From an uncultured Pelagibacteraceae bacterium (lineage in GTDB: Bacteria > Pseudomonadota > Alphaproteobacteria > Pelagibacterales > Pelagibacteraceae): 64,000 bases of DNA. Where the stretch lies: positions 8,446 to 72,445 of the forward strand of contig CACBTF010000002.1 of NCBI GenBank assembly GCA_902542165.1, in the 5' to 3' direction. The notes under the pieces were generated by a model, which ran no database searches, was not told where the DNA came from, and saw only the letters and a program-made list of their open reading frames with translations. Each line of letters opens with the position of its first letter. Positions within the stretch are counted from its first letter, which is position 1. Shown piece after piece: positions 62,481 to 64,000 of the stretch. Made by a program: the position numbers and the translations under genes.

Positions 62481-62969
62481 GTGAAAACTAAGAAACAAAA
62501 TAATAAAGTTGCTATCATTATGGGCTCCCAAAGTGATTTCTCCGTAATGAAAGACTGTGAAAAAATTCTAAAATTACTTAAGGTTAAGCATCAAACTTTT
62601 ATAATCAGCGCCCACCGAACTCCAAAGAGAATGTTTCAGTTTGCAGAAACAGCTGAAAAAAATGGTTTTGGAGTAATTGTAGCAGGAGCAGGTGGAGCCG
62701 CACATTTAGCAGGCATGGTTGCTTCATTGACTACTTTACCAGTATTAGGCGTCCCTATGGAAACTAAAAAAATAAAAGGCCTTGACAGCTTACTATCAAT
62801 GGCACAAATGCCAAAAGGTGTTCCTGTAGGATGTCTTGCAATCGATGGTGCTTTTAATGCAGGTATTCTTGCTGCTTCAATAATTGGCAACTTTGATACA
62901 AAAGTAAAATCAAATTTAGAAAAATGGAGGAGAATCCAAACTCAATCCATTAAAAAAAAACCTAAATAA
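62481..62969 (+). CDS. purE: N5-carboxyaminoimidazole ribonucleotide mutase
   Basis: IIMGSQSD, SAHRTP, AGAGGAAHL.GM, PVLGVP, G.DSLLS..QMP.GVPV; GTG start. Confidence 0.97.
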   Translation: MKTKKQNNKVAIIMGSQSDFSVMKDCEKILKLLKVKHQTFIISAHRTPKRMFQFAETAEKNGFGVIVAGAGGAAHLAGMVASLTTLPVLGVPMETKKIKGLDSLLSMAQMPKGVPVGCLAIDGAFNAGILAASIIGNFDTKVKSNLEKWRRIQTQSIKKKPK

Positions 62970-62972
62970 TAA

Positions 62973-64000
62973 ATGTCTGACATCACTTTAGGGATTATAG
63001 GCTCAGGACAATTAGGCTCACTACTTTGTCAAGCAGCTAAAAAACTTTGCATTAAAACAGTAGTTATATCTGATGATGAACAAGGTCCTGCACAAAATTA
63101 CTCTAACGAATTTATTTATTCTAAATATGATGATGAAAATAAAATTAAAGAATTTATTGATAAAGTTGATGTTGTAACCTTTGAATTTGAAAATATACCA
63201 GTAGATATTTTAAAAAAAATAGAATTAAAGAAAAAAGTCTTACCTAAACCTGAGATAAATAAAATAATTCAGAATAGAAGGTTAGAAAAAACTTTTGTCA
63301 ACGATTTAGGTATCGAAACAACAGATTGGGCCTTTATTAAACAGGCTATAGATGTTGAAAAGAATAAAAACTTATTACCTGGAATCTTAAAGTCAAACAC
63401 ACTTGGTTATGACGGGCACGGACAATTTGTTTTAAATTCCCTTGATGATGTTAAAAAAGATTGGTGTTTCACTGCTGACTATATTTTAGAAAAAAGGGTA
63501 AACCTAACAAAAGAGATATCAGTTATAATCACTAGATATTTAAATGGTGAAACTTATATTTATGAGCCTATTGAAAATATTCATAAAGACCAAATCTTAA
63601 ATCATTCAAAAATTCCTGCTGATATTAATAAAGAAATTTTTACTAAAGCACAGAACAGTGCAAAAATTATTTCAGAAAAATTGGATTACATTGGCACGAT
63701 GTGTGTTGAATATTTTATTGACCAAAATGATAATTTGTTAGTAAATGAAATTGCTCCCAGAGTTCATAATTCTGGTCACTTAACAATAAATGCTTTTAAC
63801 ATTAGTCAATTTGAAAATCATGTAAGAGCAGTATGTGATTTAGGTCCAGAAAAAGTAGAAAAAATTTCTAATGCTGAAATGCTTAATATTCTAGGAAGAG
63901 ATATCGAAACCTTCAGATCAAAAAAATTTAATAAAGATGAATTTTTTTATGACTATGGAAAAAAATCAATTAAAGAAAAAAGAAAAATGGGACACCTTAC
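62973..64000 (+). CDS. purK: N5-CAIR synthase, runs off the window end
   Basis: Read by hand: MSDITLGIIGSGQLG, VTFEFENIP, LGYDGHGQ, NEIAPRVHNSGH, SQFENHVRA, RKMGH. Confidence 0.95.
   Translation, partial: MSDITLGIIGSGQLGSLLCQAAKKLCIKTVVISDDEQGPAQNYSNEFIYSKYDDENKIKEFIDKVDVVTFEFENIPVDILKKIELKKKVLPKPEINKIIQNRRLEKTFVNDLGIETTDWAFIKQAIDVEKNKNLLPGILKSNTLGYDGHGQFVLNSLDDVKKDWCFTADYILEKRVNLTKEISVIITRYLNGETYIYEPIENIHKDQILNHSKIPADINKEIFTKAQNSAKIISEKLDYIGTMCVEYFIDQNDNLLVNEIAPRVHNSGHLTINAFNISQFENHVRAVCDLGPEKVEKISNAEMLNILGRDIETFRSKKFNKDEFFYDYGKKSIKEKRKMGHL

Overview
AT-rich (roughly 30% GC by eye), gene-dense chromosomal window from a streamlined marine alphaproteobacterium. The gene content, tiny intergenic gaps and Lys-rich proteins point to Pelagibacterales (SAR11); this assignment is an inference. 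Mostly core genes: metK(3')-nusA-infB-rbfA-rpsO-pnp, fabI/fabB/fabA, irr-katG, dut-coaBC-ubiB-ubiE, mutM-rpsT-dnaA-dnaN-gyrB, regB...regA, polA-chvI-chvG-ahcY-tsaE-amgK-murU, an RND pump, purine salvage genes, a small heat-shock gene, arsI-like, ptrB, cfa and purE-purK(5'). No rRNA, tRNA, IS element, prophage or CRISPR array was recognised. Most interesting points: (1) a four-gene polyamine operon (ODC-fold decarboxylase, deoxyhypusine-synthase-like SpeY, agmatine deiminase, N-carbamoylputrescine amidohydrolase) sitting between regB and regA, suggesting an ammonia-releasing homospermidine route; (2) an RND adaptor protein with no alpha-helical hairpin; (3) an unannotated basic 39-aa ORF followed by an anti-Shine-Dalgarno seed and a strong terminator, resembling alpha-r8/suhB sRNAs; (4) a katG promoter with a RegA-type box beside an Irr ICE box, heading a katG-2OG oxygenase-DUF2061 unit; (5) a sigma32 promoter plus ROSE thermometer on the Hsp20 gene; (6) a short GyrB and several deletions from conserved operons. 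All calls are from motif recognition by eye, without database searches.
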